Shown: piece after piece, positions 1-8,828 of the stretch
Numbering within the stretch: position 1 is the stretch's first letter
Layout: the number at the start of each line of letters is the position of its first letter
Translations under genes and position numbers: made by a program
Origin: Candidatus Brocadiia bacterium
GTDB taxonomy: Bacteria; Planctomycetota; Brocadiia; CAIUPP01
Direction of reading: 5' to 3'
NCBI GenBank assembly: GCA_050015075.1
Contig: JBEKCB010000011.1
Coordinates: 32,001 to 96,000 of the forward strand
DNA: 64,000 nucleotides
The notes under the pieces: model-generated
The model's database searches: none
Seen by the model: the letters and a program-made list of their open reading frames with translations, nothing else
Told to the model about the DNA's origin: nothing

Positions 1-33
1 TGGCGCCCGATCATCGCGCGGTACGGACTTTGA
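1..33 (+). CDS. 3' end of upstream CDS (partial; possibly a KdsC-like HAD phosphatase)
   Basis: Frame 1 reads WRPIIARYGL-stop; identity guessed only from position upstream of an lptC-like gene. Confidence 0.3.
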   Translation, partial: WRPIIARYGL

Positions 34-42
34 AGGAGGCAG

Positions 43-94
43 GAAGTTTGAATGATGAGTGATGAAGTGCTTTATCATTCCTCATTCATACTTC
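43..94. repeat. Intergenic hairpin built from 7-nt tandem units (GAATGAT/GAGTGAT)
   Basis: gaagtttgaatgatgagtgatgaag ... tttatcattcctcattcatacttc inverted arms. Confidence 0.75.
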
Positions 95-103
95 TGACTT
101 GAC

Positions 104-2278
104 ATGAAGCTTCGCCGCGCGCTGCTGGCGTTCATCGTCCTCGCCGGCTTCCTCGTGCTCGTCCTGGGAGTCACCGGAGTCCTCTCGCCCAAAAGGCCGG
201 AACCCGTCGTTTCGAAGACCGGCAACGAGGGCGGGCGCAGGGAGGATACGATAGATGATTTCGAGATCAAGGGAGACGCCTGGCTTCTGAAGGCCGACCA
301 GGCGCGCCCGAAGGAGGGCGGCGGGTACGAGCTCATCAAGCCCTCGCTGGAACTGAAGCAGACCGTCGCCGCGGGAGAAGAGCGCCTGTCGGTGCAGGCC
401 AGCGAAGGCACGCTGCAAATGGAGCCGGAGAAGCACGTGCGGATGTCCGGCGGCGTGCATATGGAGTTCGTCGGCGTGGAGAAGATCACGATGACCACGC
501 CATCGGTCGAGGTGGCGCCGGACGAGGCGACCGGGCGCACGGCGGATGAGGTCGAGATGGTCGTGGACGCCAAGGAAGGCCGGCAGCACATCTGGGGCAA
601 AGGCGCGGAATTCATCTCGAAGCAGCGGCTGAGCGTGGTCTCCGAGAATATCCGCATGGAACTTTCCGGCGCCGGGAGCGATATTTTCCCGCAGGCCGCC
701 ACGGCGGGCAAGGCCGCCCCGGCGGAGGCGCCGGTGACGAAGATCGAATGCCGAGGCCCGGCGACGGCGGACGGGTTCAAGCGGACGGCGGACCTGAAGG
801 GCGACGTGCACATTCACCAGGGCGAGAACACGCTGCGCGCCGACCACGTCGAGGTGCAGTTCGCCGAGAACAGCCGCGCGCCCGAGCGCTTCGTCGCCGA
901 GGGCGGGGTGACCTTCAACGCCGCCGGCGCCGACGGCTCCTGTGACCGGCTGGAGCGCAGCGCGCTGGAGGACCAGCTTCTGCTCGACGGCCGGCCCGCG
1001 CGCGTCCATCGCGGCCCGAACGAAATCGAGGCGACGCGGATCGAGTTGAGCGGCCAGAAGGGCGTGATCACCGTGCCGGTCCCCGGAAAACTCAGGCTCG
1101 CCGCGGAGCAGGCGGCCCAGCCCGCGGAGCCGATTGACGTGAAATGGTCGCGGACGCTCCATCTCGATCCCGACGAGCACCGGGCGCTGTTCCTGGGCGA
1201 CGTGCGCTTCGCGCGCGGTGATCAGACGATCGAGTGCCAGACGCTCTCGGTGAAACTCGATTCGCAGAACCAGCGGATTCTCGAATGCAAGGCCGACACC
1301 GACGTGCGTATGGCGGCGCGGATGCAGGGGGCCGCCGGGCAGGAATCGGTGAACGCGCAGGCCAAGGAACTGACCTACGACCCGGAGAAGAACTCCCTGA
1401 TCCTCTCCGGCGGCGCGGCGCTGCAGCAGGGGCAACGGACGATCCGCGGCGAACGCATGGAGATTCATCCGGCGGACGCCGAAATCGCCGTCGCCGGCAA
1501 GGGCGTCCTCGAAGGCCAGGCGGAGAACGATTCCGAGGGGTTCAGCATCACGTGGGAGCGCGAGATGCGGTTCAGCCGCGCGACGCAAAGCGCGGTCTTC
1601 GAGGGCAGCGTGGGCCTGAAGTACGGCGCCGAGACGCTGCGCGCCGAGAGCCTGACCGCGCAGTTGAGCGAGAATGCGCTGAAAGGATTCAAGGCGACCG
1701 GCGGCGTGTACCTCGCGGAGAAGTCCGGCCGCACGTTGAAGGCCGACAGCCTGTCCGCCGACATCGGCGCGGACCGGAAACCCCAGGGGCTCGACGCCAC
1801 CGGACACGTGGCGATCCAGGAAGAAGTTCCAGCGGAGCACCTCACGCGGACGCTGACGGCGGACCGGGTGATATCGGCGATGGACGAGAAGACGAAGCTC
1901 CAGGAATACAAAGCGATCGGCCATGCGGCGCTCCGCGAGGACGCCGGGTCGGCCGGCGTCCGAACGATGCGGGCGGAGCAGATGACCGCGAAAGTGGGCG
2001 CGGAGAACCAACTGGAGGCGTTCGACGCGGTGGGGCGGCCGGTGATCGTCGAGGAGGAAGGGCGCGTGGCGCGCGGCGACCGGCTGACGTGGGACGCGCA
2101 GCGCGACTCGGGCACGCTGTTCGGGTCGCCGGTCGAACTGCGGATGGGACTGAGCCGCCTCTTCGGCGACCGACTGGAATTCGCCCCGAAACGCGGCGCG
2201 ATCACCGTCATCAGCAACCGCCGGGTCGAAGCCACCGTGACCGGCGGTGCGCCCGGCACCACGAACCTGCTGCCCTAG
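104..2278 (+). CDS. LPS export periplasmic protein, LptC-like N-terminus fused to multiple LptA/OstA-like beta-jellyroll repeats
   Basis: N-terminal TM helix; WLLKADQA...LIKPSL LptC-like segment; repeated L.AD.L...A.G.V motifs typical of OstA/LptA. Confidence 0.75.
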   Translation: MKLRRALLAFIVLAGFLVLVLGVTGVLSPKRPEPVVSKTGNEGGRREDTIDDFEIKGDAWLLKADQARPKEGGGYELIKPSLELKQTVAAGEERLSVQASEGTLQMEPEKHVRMSGGVHMEFVGVEKITMTTPSVEVAPDEATGRTADEVEMVVDAKEGRQHIWGKGAEFISKQRLSVVSENIRMELSGAGSDIFPQAATAGKAAPAEAPVTKIECRGPATADGFKRTADLKGDVHIHQGENTLRADHVEVQFAENSRAPERFVAEGGVTFNAAGADGSCDRLERSALEDQLLLDGRPARVHRGPNEIEATRIELSGQKGVITVPVPGKLRLAAEQAAQPAEPIDVKWSRTLHLDPDEHRALFLGDVRFARGDQTIECQTLSVKLDSQNQRILECKADTDVRMAARMQGAAGQESVNAQAKELTYDPEKNSLILSGGAALQQGQRTIRGERMEIHPADAEIAVAGKGVLEGQAENDSEGFSITWEREMRFSRATQSAVFEGSVGLKYGAETLRAESLTAQLSENALKGFKATGGVYLAEKSGRTLKADSLSADIGADRKPQGLDATGHVAIQEEVPAEHLTRTLTADRVISAMDEKTKLQEYKAIGHAALREDAGSAGVRTMRAEQMTAKVGAENQLEAFDAVGRPVIVEEEGRVARGDRLTWDAQRDSGTLFGSPVELRMGLSRLFGDRLEFAPKRGAITVISNRRVEATVTGGAPGTTNLLP

Positions 2279-2286
2279 GCTCGGCT

Positions 2287-2422
2287 GATTTCCAAATTCC
2301 AATCCGCCTTCGCCCCTTCGGCTGCGCTCAGGGCTACGGCGGACAAGTTTCCAATATCCAGTGAACGACCGCCGCTGAACTCCGGCGGCTCGTCGGAAAT
2401 CGGATATTGGGCTCTTGAAATC
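2287..2422. repeat. Composite palindromic repeat: TTCCAA-type heptamer hairpin containing a nested 30-bp-family element with a CCCTTCG..GCTCAGG loop
   Basis: gatttccaaattccaa|tccgccttcgc-cccttcggctgcgctcagg-gctacggcggacaag|tttccaatatcca ... ggaaatcggatattgggctcttgaaatc; lies between convergent genes. Confidence 0.8.
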
Positions 2423-2425
2423 GGG

Positions 2426-3676
2426 TTACTGCGGCGCTTTCGCAGGCGCAGTCGGCGCTGCGGCCGGCGCGGTAGCCGGCGCGGTCGGCGCTACAGACGG
2501 CGCGGTTTCCGGCGCGGTCGGCCCGGTCAGCGCGGCCTTTCGGGCCGCTTCCCTAGCTGCTTCGCGGACGACGATGGCGGCGCGGTCGCCCATGGCCAGC
2601 ACGCCGCCGGTCTTGTCGACCGCGTAGAAGATGCCGCCCTCGGCCGGCCCGGTGAAGAGAACGTACTGGTCAGCGGTCATTTCGGAAATCACTTTTCCGG
2701 TGGCGACGTCGGCCATGCCGATCACGTTCGTGTCTTTGTCCTTGCGCAGGAAAATGAGGTGCTCGGGCGTGGTGGTCAGCAGGCGGTCGCCCGGGATGGT
2801 CCAGAGGTCCTTTTGCGCGTTGATATCCACGGCATGGATGAGCTTCTCGGTAGTGGCGGCGTAGACGCGCGAGCCGATGACCACCGGGGTCGTGAGCACC
2901 GGCGCGCTGAGAGAGAGCCTCCATCGAACGTCGCCGATCAACGCGTTGATCGCGTAGAGATAAAAGTCAGACGAGCCGATATAAACGACGTCGCCGGCCA
3001 GCGCGGGACCCGATAAGGATTGCCGCGAGAACGGGTGCTGCCAGGTGAGTTCCTGCGCCGTGATGGTCACGCCGTACAGGATGCCCCGGGTGGTCGTGAA
3101 AAACATCATGCTGCCGCCATTCCAGGTGCTGCCGTTGGGCTGGCCGTCCATGGCCGCGCGCCAGGTCCTCGCTCCCTGGTCCACGGTGACGGCGTAGATA
3201 TACTGATCTCCCGAGGCAAAGACGCAGTACCGCTCCGTGGGATAGGCCGGCGTGAAGAAGCTGAAGCGCGGCCTCACGCGGGTCAACTCGTCGCCGGTGG
3301 CCGGGTTGAGGGTCACCAGCCGGCCGCCTTCGACCAGGTAGAGGACCTTGTCGAACTCGATCGGCGGGAACTCCGCCGGCAGCACTCCGGGATGCATCCA
3401 TTTCGAGAGGCCGGTTTCCGTCTCGATCGCTTCGAGGCCGCGCGGCCCGCCGGCGAGGTAGAGCGTCGGGCCGTCCACGGAGGCGAGGATGATTTTCTCG
3501 AACGCGCCGCCCGGCTTCTGCCAGAGCCGGACGAAAGCGCGCTCCGGCGAGAGCGTCGCCGCGGCGCCGGGCTTCGCGGGCACGTCCGCGGCGGCGGTCC
3601 GCACCGCGCCGGAAAGAACGCCGGACATGAGAAGGCTGAGCGAAACGCACGCGACCGTCAGAAGAGTTTTACGCAT
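2426..3676 (-). CDS. PQQ-like beta-propeller repeat protein (BamB-like), exported
   Basis: Signal peptide; repeated AxDxxTGxxxW-type motifs (AIETETGLSKW, YAINALIGDVRW); Pro/Ala/Thr-rich tail. Confidence 0.8.
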   Translation of the reverse strand: MRKTLLTVACVSLSLLMSGVLSGAVRTAAADVPAKPGAAATLSPERAFVRLWQKPGGAFEKIILASVDGPTLYLAGGPRGLEAIETETGLSKWMHPGVLPAEFPPIEFDKVLYLVEGGRLVTLNPATGDELTRVRPRFSFFTPAYPTERYCVFASGDQYIYAVTVDQGARTWRAAMDGQPNGSTWNGGSMMFFTTTRGILYGVTITAQELTWQHPFSRQSLSGPALAGDVVYIGSSDFYLYAINALIGDVRWRLSLSAPVLTTPVVIGSRVYAATTEKLIHAVDINAQKDLWTIPGDRLLTTTPEHLIFLRKDKDTNVIGMADVATGKVISEMTADQYVLFTGPAEGGIFYAVDKTGGVLAMGDRAAIVVREAAREAARKAALTGPTAPETAPSVAPTAPATAPAAAPTAPAKAPQ

Positions 3677-3750
3677 GGCGGGGTTCCACCTCCGCTGAAT
3701 CCCGCTTGCGCGGGACCGGTATCCATCTCCAAGGACCGAAACGACGCCGC

Positions 3751-3780
3751 ATTATAGACGCCTCATGCCGCCGGTTTCAA
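3751..3780 (-). promoter_or_regulatory. sigma70-type promoter for the PQQ-repeat gene
   Basis: Minus strand TTGAAA-N18-TATAAT. Confidence 0.55.
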
Positions 3781-3856
3781 GGGGGGATGAAGATTTCCCG
3801 CGAGCCGGTCGCGAAAGCGGCGCCGTCGCCGGGCGCCGTGCGCGGGGCCCGGACGT

Positions 3857-3886
3857 TTGACAACACCGGCGCGCCGCTGATATTCT
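3857..3886 (+). promoter_or_regulatory. sigma70-type promoter for the HEAT-repeat gene
   Basis: TTGACA-N18-TATTCT. Confidence 0.55.
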
Positions 3887-3927
3887 GCATGGAGCGCGTG
3901 TTGCGGTTCTCTCGACTGGACGGCCCA

Positions 3928-4782
3928 ATGCTCAATCCCGACGACCTTTCCATGATGACGGAGCAGGAGAAGCTCGACCTGCTCCGGCAGATCGGCGAAG
4001 CGGAGGAATGCCAGGACTGCTTCGAGCCGATCTACCGGCGGCTGCTGGAGGACGAGAGTCCCCAGGTGCGGCAGGAAGCGGTGGCGGCGCTGTGGGACCT
4101 GGCCGATCCGCGGCACGTCGAGCCGCTGATGCGCATGGCCGAGGGCGACCCCGACGACGAGGTCCGCGCGAAGGCCGCCAGCGTGCTGGGCATCTACATC
4201 TACGAGGCCGTGGTGGACGGCTCGCTCGACGAGCCGCGCTACCTGAGCGTGCGCAGTTTCCTCCTCGACCTGGCCCAGAACCCGCGGGAGAACCTCCTCG
4301 TGCGCCGCATGGCCCTCGAGGCGCTCAGCTTCGACGCCGACGAGACCGTGCACGACCTGATTGACTGGGCGTACCGGCATCCGGCCGTCGAGGTGAGGAT
4401 GACGGCGCTTTTCGCCATGGGCCGCTCGCGCAGCGCGCGCTGGACGGAGTCCATCCTGGCGGAGCTCGATTCGCCCGAGCGCCAGTTGCAGCTCGAGGCG
4501 ATCAACGCGGCCGCCGAAGCCGGACTCGGCATCGCCACCCCGAAACTCCGCAACCTGGCCGTGAACAAGGACCGCGAAATCCGGCTGGCCGCCATCTGGT
4601 CGCTGGCGAACACGCGCGGCCCGGGCGCGCTCGAGACGCTGGAGATGTGCGCGCAGTCCGAGGATGAGGAAATCCGCGACGCCGCCGGCGACGCGCTCGA
4701 CGAGTTCTACCACGCCTCGCGCGCCGACGATGAAGAGGCCGACGATTACGGGCAGTCGGACGATGAGACCGAGGAAGAGTAA
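3928..4782 (+). CDS. HEAT-repeat (PBS lyase-like) protein
   Basis: Repeats such as LLEDESPQVRQEAVAALW and DPDDEVRAKAASVLG; acidic tail; start placed downstream of the promoter (alternative ATG 3889). Confidence 0.8.
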   Translation: MLNPDDLSMMTEQEKLDLLRQIGEAEECQDCFEPIYRRLLEDESPQVRQEAVAALWDLADPRHVEPLMRMAEGDPDDEVRAKAASVLGIYIYEAVVDGSLDEPRYLSVRSFLLDLAQNPRENLLVRRMALEALSFDADETVHDLIDWAYRHPAVEVRMTALFAMGRSRSARWTESILAELDSPERQLQLEAINAAAEAGLGIATPKLRNLAVNKDREIRLAAIWSLANTRGPGALETLEMCAQSEDEEIRDAAGDALDEFYHASRADDEEADDYGQSDDETEEE

Positions 4783-4831
4783 TTGCCGAATGCCGATTGC
4801 CGATTGCCGAATGCTTAATGACGAATGACGG
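4782..4831. repeat. Heptamer tandem repeat (TTGCCGA / AATGACG)
   Basis: attgccgaatgccgattgccgattgccgaatgcttaatgacgaatgacgg. Confidence 0.7.
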
Positions 4832-4861
4832 CTAATTGGATGATGCGCTTGGAGTGCGGCT

Positions 4862-5233
4862 ATGGATTGTCCTCGCTGTCACCGACCGCTGAACAAGACG
4901 CCGGTTGACGAAGTGGTGTTCGACCGCTGCGGCGTGTGCGGCGGGCTGTGGCTGGAGTTCGCTCAACTCGACGACGTGCTCGCGCGCGAATCGCACTCGC
5001 TGCACGACCTGCTGCCGAAGGACGTCCTCGCTGTCCCTGACGACGGCGCGCCGCCGGCCTGTCCGCGCTGCAGCGCCGCACTGATCCGCATGCGCGCCTC
5101 GCCCGAGCCGCTGATCTATTACGCCTGTCTCGGCTGCTACGGCCGCTGGCTCGACGGCAACCAGATCGAGCGAATCGTCGGCCGCCCGCTCGCCGCCAAA
5201 TTCGACAAACTCTTCCAGAGACTCTTTGATTGA
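4862..5233 (+). CDS. Tandem zf-TFIIB-like zinc-ribbon protein
   Basis: Two CPxC...CxxCxGxWL(D/E) units. Confidence 0.8.
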   Translation: MDCPRCHRPLNKTPVDEVVFDRCGVCGGLWLEFAQLDDVLARESHSLHDLLPKDVLAVPDDGAPPACPRCSAALIRMRASPEPLIYYACLGCYGRWLDGNQIERIVGRPLAAKFDKLFQRLFD

Positions 5234-5244
5234 GCGAATTGCTG

Positions 5245-5303
5245 CGCTTGTAGTGGCGCCGTAATGCGCTATTTCGTATGCCCTGACGGGCACACTACAA
5301 GCG
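5245..5303. repeat. GTAG-type REP doublet (REPIN-like), copy 1
   Basis: cgcttGTAGtggcgccgtaatgcgc...gccctgacgggcacaCTACaagcg; related copies at 10441-10503 and 21662-21720. Confidence 0.85.
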
Positions 5304-5306
5304 GCG

Positions 5307-6491
5307 TCAACTGGAACTTGGAACTTGGAAATCGGTCATCGCGCTCAAGAGCATGTCGCGGCCCACCGGAGTCCAGACGGCGTCCCGGAGTTTCATCGCG
5401 TCGGCGGGCGAGGGAATCCCTTTTCCGCCGATGGGGCCCGGCGCGGCGGCGCCGCCGAAGAGTTTCGGGGCGATGAAGATGCGGACTTCGTCCACGAGGC
5501 GGTGGTCGAAGAAATCGGCCAGGACGCCCGCGCCGCCCTCGACCATGAGGTTGGTGATCCGCTCGGCGCCGAGCGCGCGCAGGAGTTGTTCCGCATCCAC
5601 GCGCCCGCGCGCGCCACGGAGCGGCAGGACGCGGCAGCCGGCGCCGGTGAGCCGCCGCCGGCGCGCCGGGGGAACTGAGGCGAGGCAGGCGATGAGCAAC
5701 GGCGCCTCGCGGGCGGTGGCGACGAGCCGGCTGGTCAACGGAATTCTCGCCTCGGCGTCGAGCACGATGCGCAGCGGATTGCGCGCTTCGGTGACGCGGT
5801 CCTTCGACAATTGTTCAGGGCCGCCCTGAGCGAACTCGAATGGGCGGCAGGTGAGCAGCGGGTCGTCGCGCAGGACCGTGCCGATGCCGACGAGGACGGC
5901 GTCGGCCTGGTTGCGCCATCGGTGGACGAGATCCCTGGAGGCGTCCGAGGAGATCCATCGGGACTCGCCGGTGACGGTGGCGATTTTGCCATCGGCGGTC
6001 ATGGCCCACTTGGCGATGACGTAGGGCATGCCGCGCGCGCGCAGCTTGAGGAACGGCGCGATCATCCGCAGGCACTCCTTCTCGAGCACGCCGGTCACGA
6101 CGGCGATTCCGGCGGCTTCGAGGCGGGGAACGGCGCTCTGCTGCGTCGGGTCGCCGGCGCCGATGACGACTCGGCGGAAGCCGGCTTTCAGGACGGCGTC
6201 GCAGCAGGGCGGGGTCTTCTTGCTGAGGCCGGTGCACGGTTCGAGCGTGACGTAAAGCGTCGCGCCCCGGCAGGCGCCGGCGGCCGCATCCATCGCGCGG
6301 ATTTCAGCGTGCGGACCGCCGAAGCGCTCGTGGAAGCCTTCGCCGACGAGCTTGCCACGGCGCACGATGACCGCGCCGACCGGCGGGTTCGGCTCCGCGC
6401 GCCCGCGGCCTTGGGCCGCCAGTTCCAGCGCCCGCCGCATCCAGCGGACGTCGCCGGCGCTCGCGGCCTGGTTTTGTTCTTTACTCCGCAT
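5307..6491 (-). CDS. ribD: Bifunctional riboflavin deaminase/reductase RibD
   Basis: PNPPVGAV, HAE, TLEPC...TPPC, KWAMTADGKIA, DDPLLT, MVEGG motifs. Confidence 0.95.
   Translation of the reverse strand: MRSKEQNQAASAGDVRWMRRALELAAQGRGRAEPNPPVGAVIVRRGKLVGEGFHERFGGPHAEIRAMDAAAGACRGATLYVTLEPCTGLSKKTPPCCDAVLKAGFRRVVIGAGDPTQQSAVPRLEAAGIAVVTGVLEKECLRMIAPFLKLRARGMPYVIAKWAMTADGKIATVTGESRWISSDASRDLVHRWRNQADAVLVGIGTVLRDDPLLTCRPFEFAQGGPEQLSKDRVTEARNPLRIVLDAEARIPLTSRLVATAREAPLLIACLASVPPARRRRLTGAGCRVLPLRGARGRVDAEQLLRALGAERITNLMVEGGAGVLADFFDHRLVDEVRIFIAPKLFGGAAAPGPIGGKGIPSPADAMKLRDAVWTPVGRDMLLSAMTDFQVPSSS
5796..5847. repeat. In-frame 48-bp palindromic insertion in ribD (CCTTCG..TCAGGG doublet)
   Basis: ccttcgacaattgttcagggccgccctgagcgaactcgaatggg flanked by GCGG copies 48 nt apart. 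Confidence 0.75.
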
Positions 6492-6499
6492 TCCGCGCT

Positions 6500-6529
6500 C
6501 CCGCCTCCGCTAAGGCTACGGCGGGCAAG
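6500..6529. repeat. 30-bp palindromic element inserted in a (C/T)TCCGC(A/G) heptamer repeat
   Basis: cccgcctccgctaaggctacggcgggcaag; family copies at 2303-2347, 23805-23834 and 62368-62397. Confidence 0.8.
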
Positions 6530-6548
6530 CCGCACTCGAGAACGTGCC

Positions 6549-6577
6549 TTGCAACGCGCCGCTGCCGTCCGTATAAT
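6549..6577 (+). promoter_or_regulatory. sigma70-type promoter for pyrB
   Basis: TTGCAA-N17-TATAAT. Confidence 0.7.
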
Positions 6578-6646
6578 TCGCGCGGCTCCGGTCGCGGCGC
6601 CGCGTTCAAACGGGTGCTCCTTATGATACCGTTGAGGAGAGTGAAA

Positions 6647-7708
6647 ATGAAGCGGATTTCCTGGGAAGCCTATCTCGGCCTCGAAGTCAGCGAAAGAATT
6701 CCGTACTTGAACAAGGAAGGCGCGGAGAACGAGCCGTTCCACGTGCTTTACGCGCAGCAGTTCGACCGCAAGATGCTCGATGAGCTGTGCACGCTGGCCG
6801 ACCGGATCCGCAAGGTGCACAAGGCGCCGGAGGGCGCGGCGCTGCTGCGCACGCTGCTGCCGAACAAGACGGCGCTGAACCTGTTCGCGCAACCGAGCAC
6901 GCGCACGTTCATGTCGTTCCAGCTCGCCGAGCAGAAACTGGGCATGGTGACGAGCGACATCCGCGACATGTCCACCTCGTCCCAGGCGAAGGGCGAGACG
7001 CTGCAGAATTCCATCCGCACGTTCAGTTCCTACGTGGACCTGATCGTCATGCGCCATCCCGACCAGGGCGCGGCCGAGCTGGCGGCCTATGAGATGAACA
7101 TGGCCGACCGGCGCCTGCCGGTGCTCAACGGCGGCTCCGGCCAGGACCAGCATCCGACGCAGGCGCTGCTGGACATCTACACGCTGCAGAAATCGCTCGA
7201 CGAGATTGACGGCAAGAAGATCGCGATGGTCGGCGACCTGATGCGCGGGCGCACGGTCCGCTCGCTCTCGTACCTGCTGAAGAATTACCGGGACGTGGAA
7301 ATCTACTACGTCGCGCCGGAGCGGCTGCGCATCGGCGACGACATCAAGGCGTTCCTCAAGAAACAGCACATCCGCTATACCGAGAGCGACAACATCGAGG
7401 CGATCGTCCCGATCGTGGACGCGATCTACATGACGCGCATCCAGTGGGAATGGGACAAGGCGGCCGGGGCGAAGGCGGGCGACGCGAAGTACGACCCGCG
7501 CTTCGTGTTCAAGAAGGAATACCTGCGGCGGATGAAGAAGAAGTCCTGCCTGATGCACCCGTTGCCGAAGATCAACGAGATTGATCCGGAACTCGACTAC
7601 GTCGAGGATCCGCGGATCGTCTACTGGCGGCAGGAGCGCAACGGCATGTGGATCCGCGCGGCGCTCATCGCGCGCATTTTCGGAGTGGACGGACAGATTC
7701 CGGAATGA
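6647..7708 (+). CDS. pyrB: Aspartate carbamoyltransferase catalytic subunit
   Basis: PSTRT, KGETL, MRH, HPTQALLD, GDLMRGRTVRSL, YMTRIQ, MHPLP. Confidence 0.92.
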   Translation: MKRISWEAYLGLEVSERIPYLNKEGAENEPFHVLYAQQFDRKMLDELCTLADRIRKVHKAPEGAALLRTLLPNKTALNLFAQPSTRTFMSFQLAEQKLGMVTSDIRDMSTSSQAKGETLQNSIRTFSSYVDLIVMRHPDQGAAELAAYEMNMADRRLPVLNGGSGQDQHPTQALLDIYTLQKSLDEIDGKKIAMVGDLMRGRTVRSLSYLLKNYRDVEIYYVAPERLRIGDDIKAFLKKQHIRYTESDNIEAIVPIVDAIYMTRIQWEWDKAAGAKAGDAKYDPRFVFKKEYLRRMKKKSCLMHPLPKINEIDPELDYVEDPRIVYWRQERNGMWIRAALIARIFGVDGQIPE

Positions 7709-7718
7709 AGGCGGAAGA

Positions 7719-8726
7719 ATGACCTCGCGCCTCGGGTTAAAGAATCTGACGGCCTTCAGCCGCCAACTGGGCACCATGCTCAGCGCGGGGTTGCCGATCC
7801 GGCGCGCGCTGGCGGTGGTCGAAAGGAGCGCCCGGCCGCCGATGAAGGGGGTCTTTCACCGCGTCGGAATGGCCATCGAGGAGGGCGACACCGTCTCCGA
7901 GGCGCTCGAGCGCGAAGGGCGCGCGTTCCCGGTGCTCTACATCCGACTGGTCCGCATGGGCGAAGCCGTCGGCAACCTCGACAAGGTCTTCGTCCGGCTG
8001 GCCGAGTATTACGACTTCGTCCGCGCCATGTGGATGAAGCTGATCACGCGCCTGATTTACCCGCTCATCGAATACTGGGCGGCCATCGGCGTCCTGGCGC
8101 TGGTGGCCTACATCCGCAGCATGTTCCTGCCGAACGGCAACGGATCGCCTCGGCAGGCCCTGACCATCCTGGGTCTCGGCATCCTCGTCTTCTGCGCGCC
8201 CATCGTCGCGTACTTCGCGCTCACGCGCAGCCTGAGCGGCTCGCGCACGGTGCATGAGCTGCTGCTCCGCGTGCCGGTGCTGGGCAATGTCTTCCGCACC
8301 CTGGCGCTGGCGCGGTTCTGCTGGTCCATGGAGATGATGACCGACTCGGCCGTGAACATCTTCAACGCGATCCAGTGGAGCATGGAGGCGACGGCCAACA
8401 GCGCGTTCGAGGCGCGGACGCCGGAGATCATCCAGCAGATCAAGGACGGCCTGCCGCTCTCCAAGAGCCTGGAGCTGTCCGGCCTGTTCCCGCACGACTG
8501 CATCGAGATGATCTCGGTCGCGGAGGAATCCGGCAGCATGCCGGAGACGTTCAAGCGGCTGGCGAAGAATTATTTCGAGGCGGCGGACCTGGCGTTGCGG
8601 GCGCTAGTCTCGGCGTTCACCTGGTTCATCTGGGCGGCCATCGCCGCGTTCATCATCTACAACATCTTCCAGTTCGCGATGATCTACATCAACGCGCTCA
8701 ACGGCGCCTTGAACGAGGTCAACTAG
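7719..8726 (+). CDS. Type II secretion F / PilC family inner-membrane platform protein
   Basis: FSRQLGTMLSAGLPI..AL, GEAVGNLDKV..RLAEYY, YP, AEESGSM; TM segments. Confidence 0.9.
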   Translation: MTSRLGLKNLTAFSRQLGTMLSAGLPIRRALAVVERSARPPMKGVFHRVGMAIEEGDTVSEALEREGRAFPVLYIRLVRMGEAVGNLDKVFVRLAEYYDFVRAMWMKLITRLIYPLIEYWAAIGVLALVAYIRSMFLPNGNGSPRQALTILGLGILVFCAPIVAYFALTRSLSGSRTVHELLLRVPVLGNVFRTLALARFCWSMEMMTDSAVNIFNAIQWSMEATANSAFEARTPEIIQQIKDGLPLSKSLELSGLFPHDCIEMISVAEESGSMPETFKRLAKNYFEAADLALRALVSAFTWFIWAAIAAFIIYNIFQFAMIYINALNGALNEVN

Positions 8727-8747
8727 CGGCGGCGGCGTTCGGCCGCC

Positions 8748-8825
8748 AATTTCCAAGGCCAAAATGAATGAAGGCCGGCGATCTCCGGCCCGTTTGCGGA
8801 TATTGGATATTGGGCTTTGGAAATT
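8748..8825. repeat. Heptamer-built intergenic hairpin (TTCCAA/TTGGA type) between convergent genes
   Basis: aatttccaaggccaaaat ... tattggatattgggctttggaaatt. Confidence 0.7.
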
Positions 8826-8828
8826 ACT

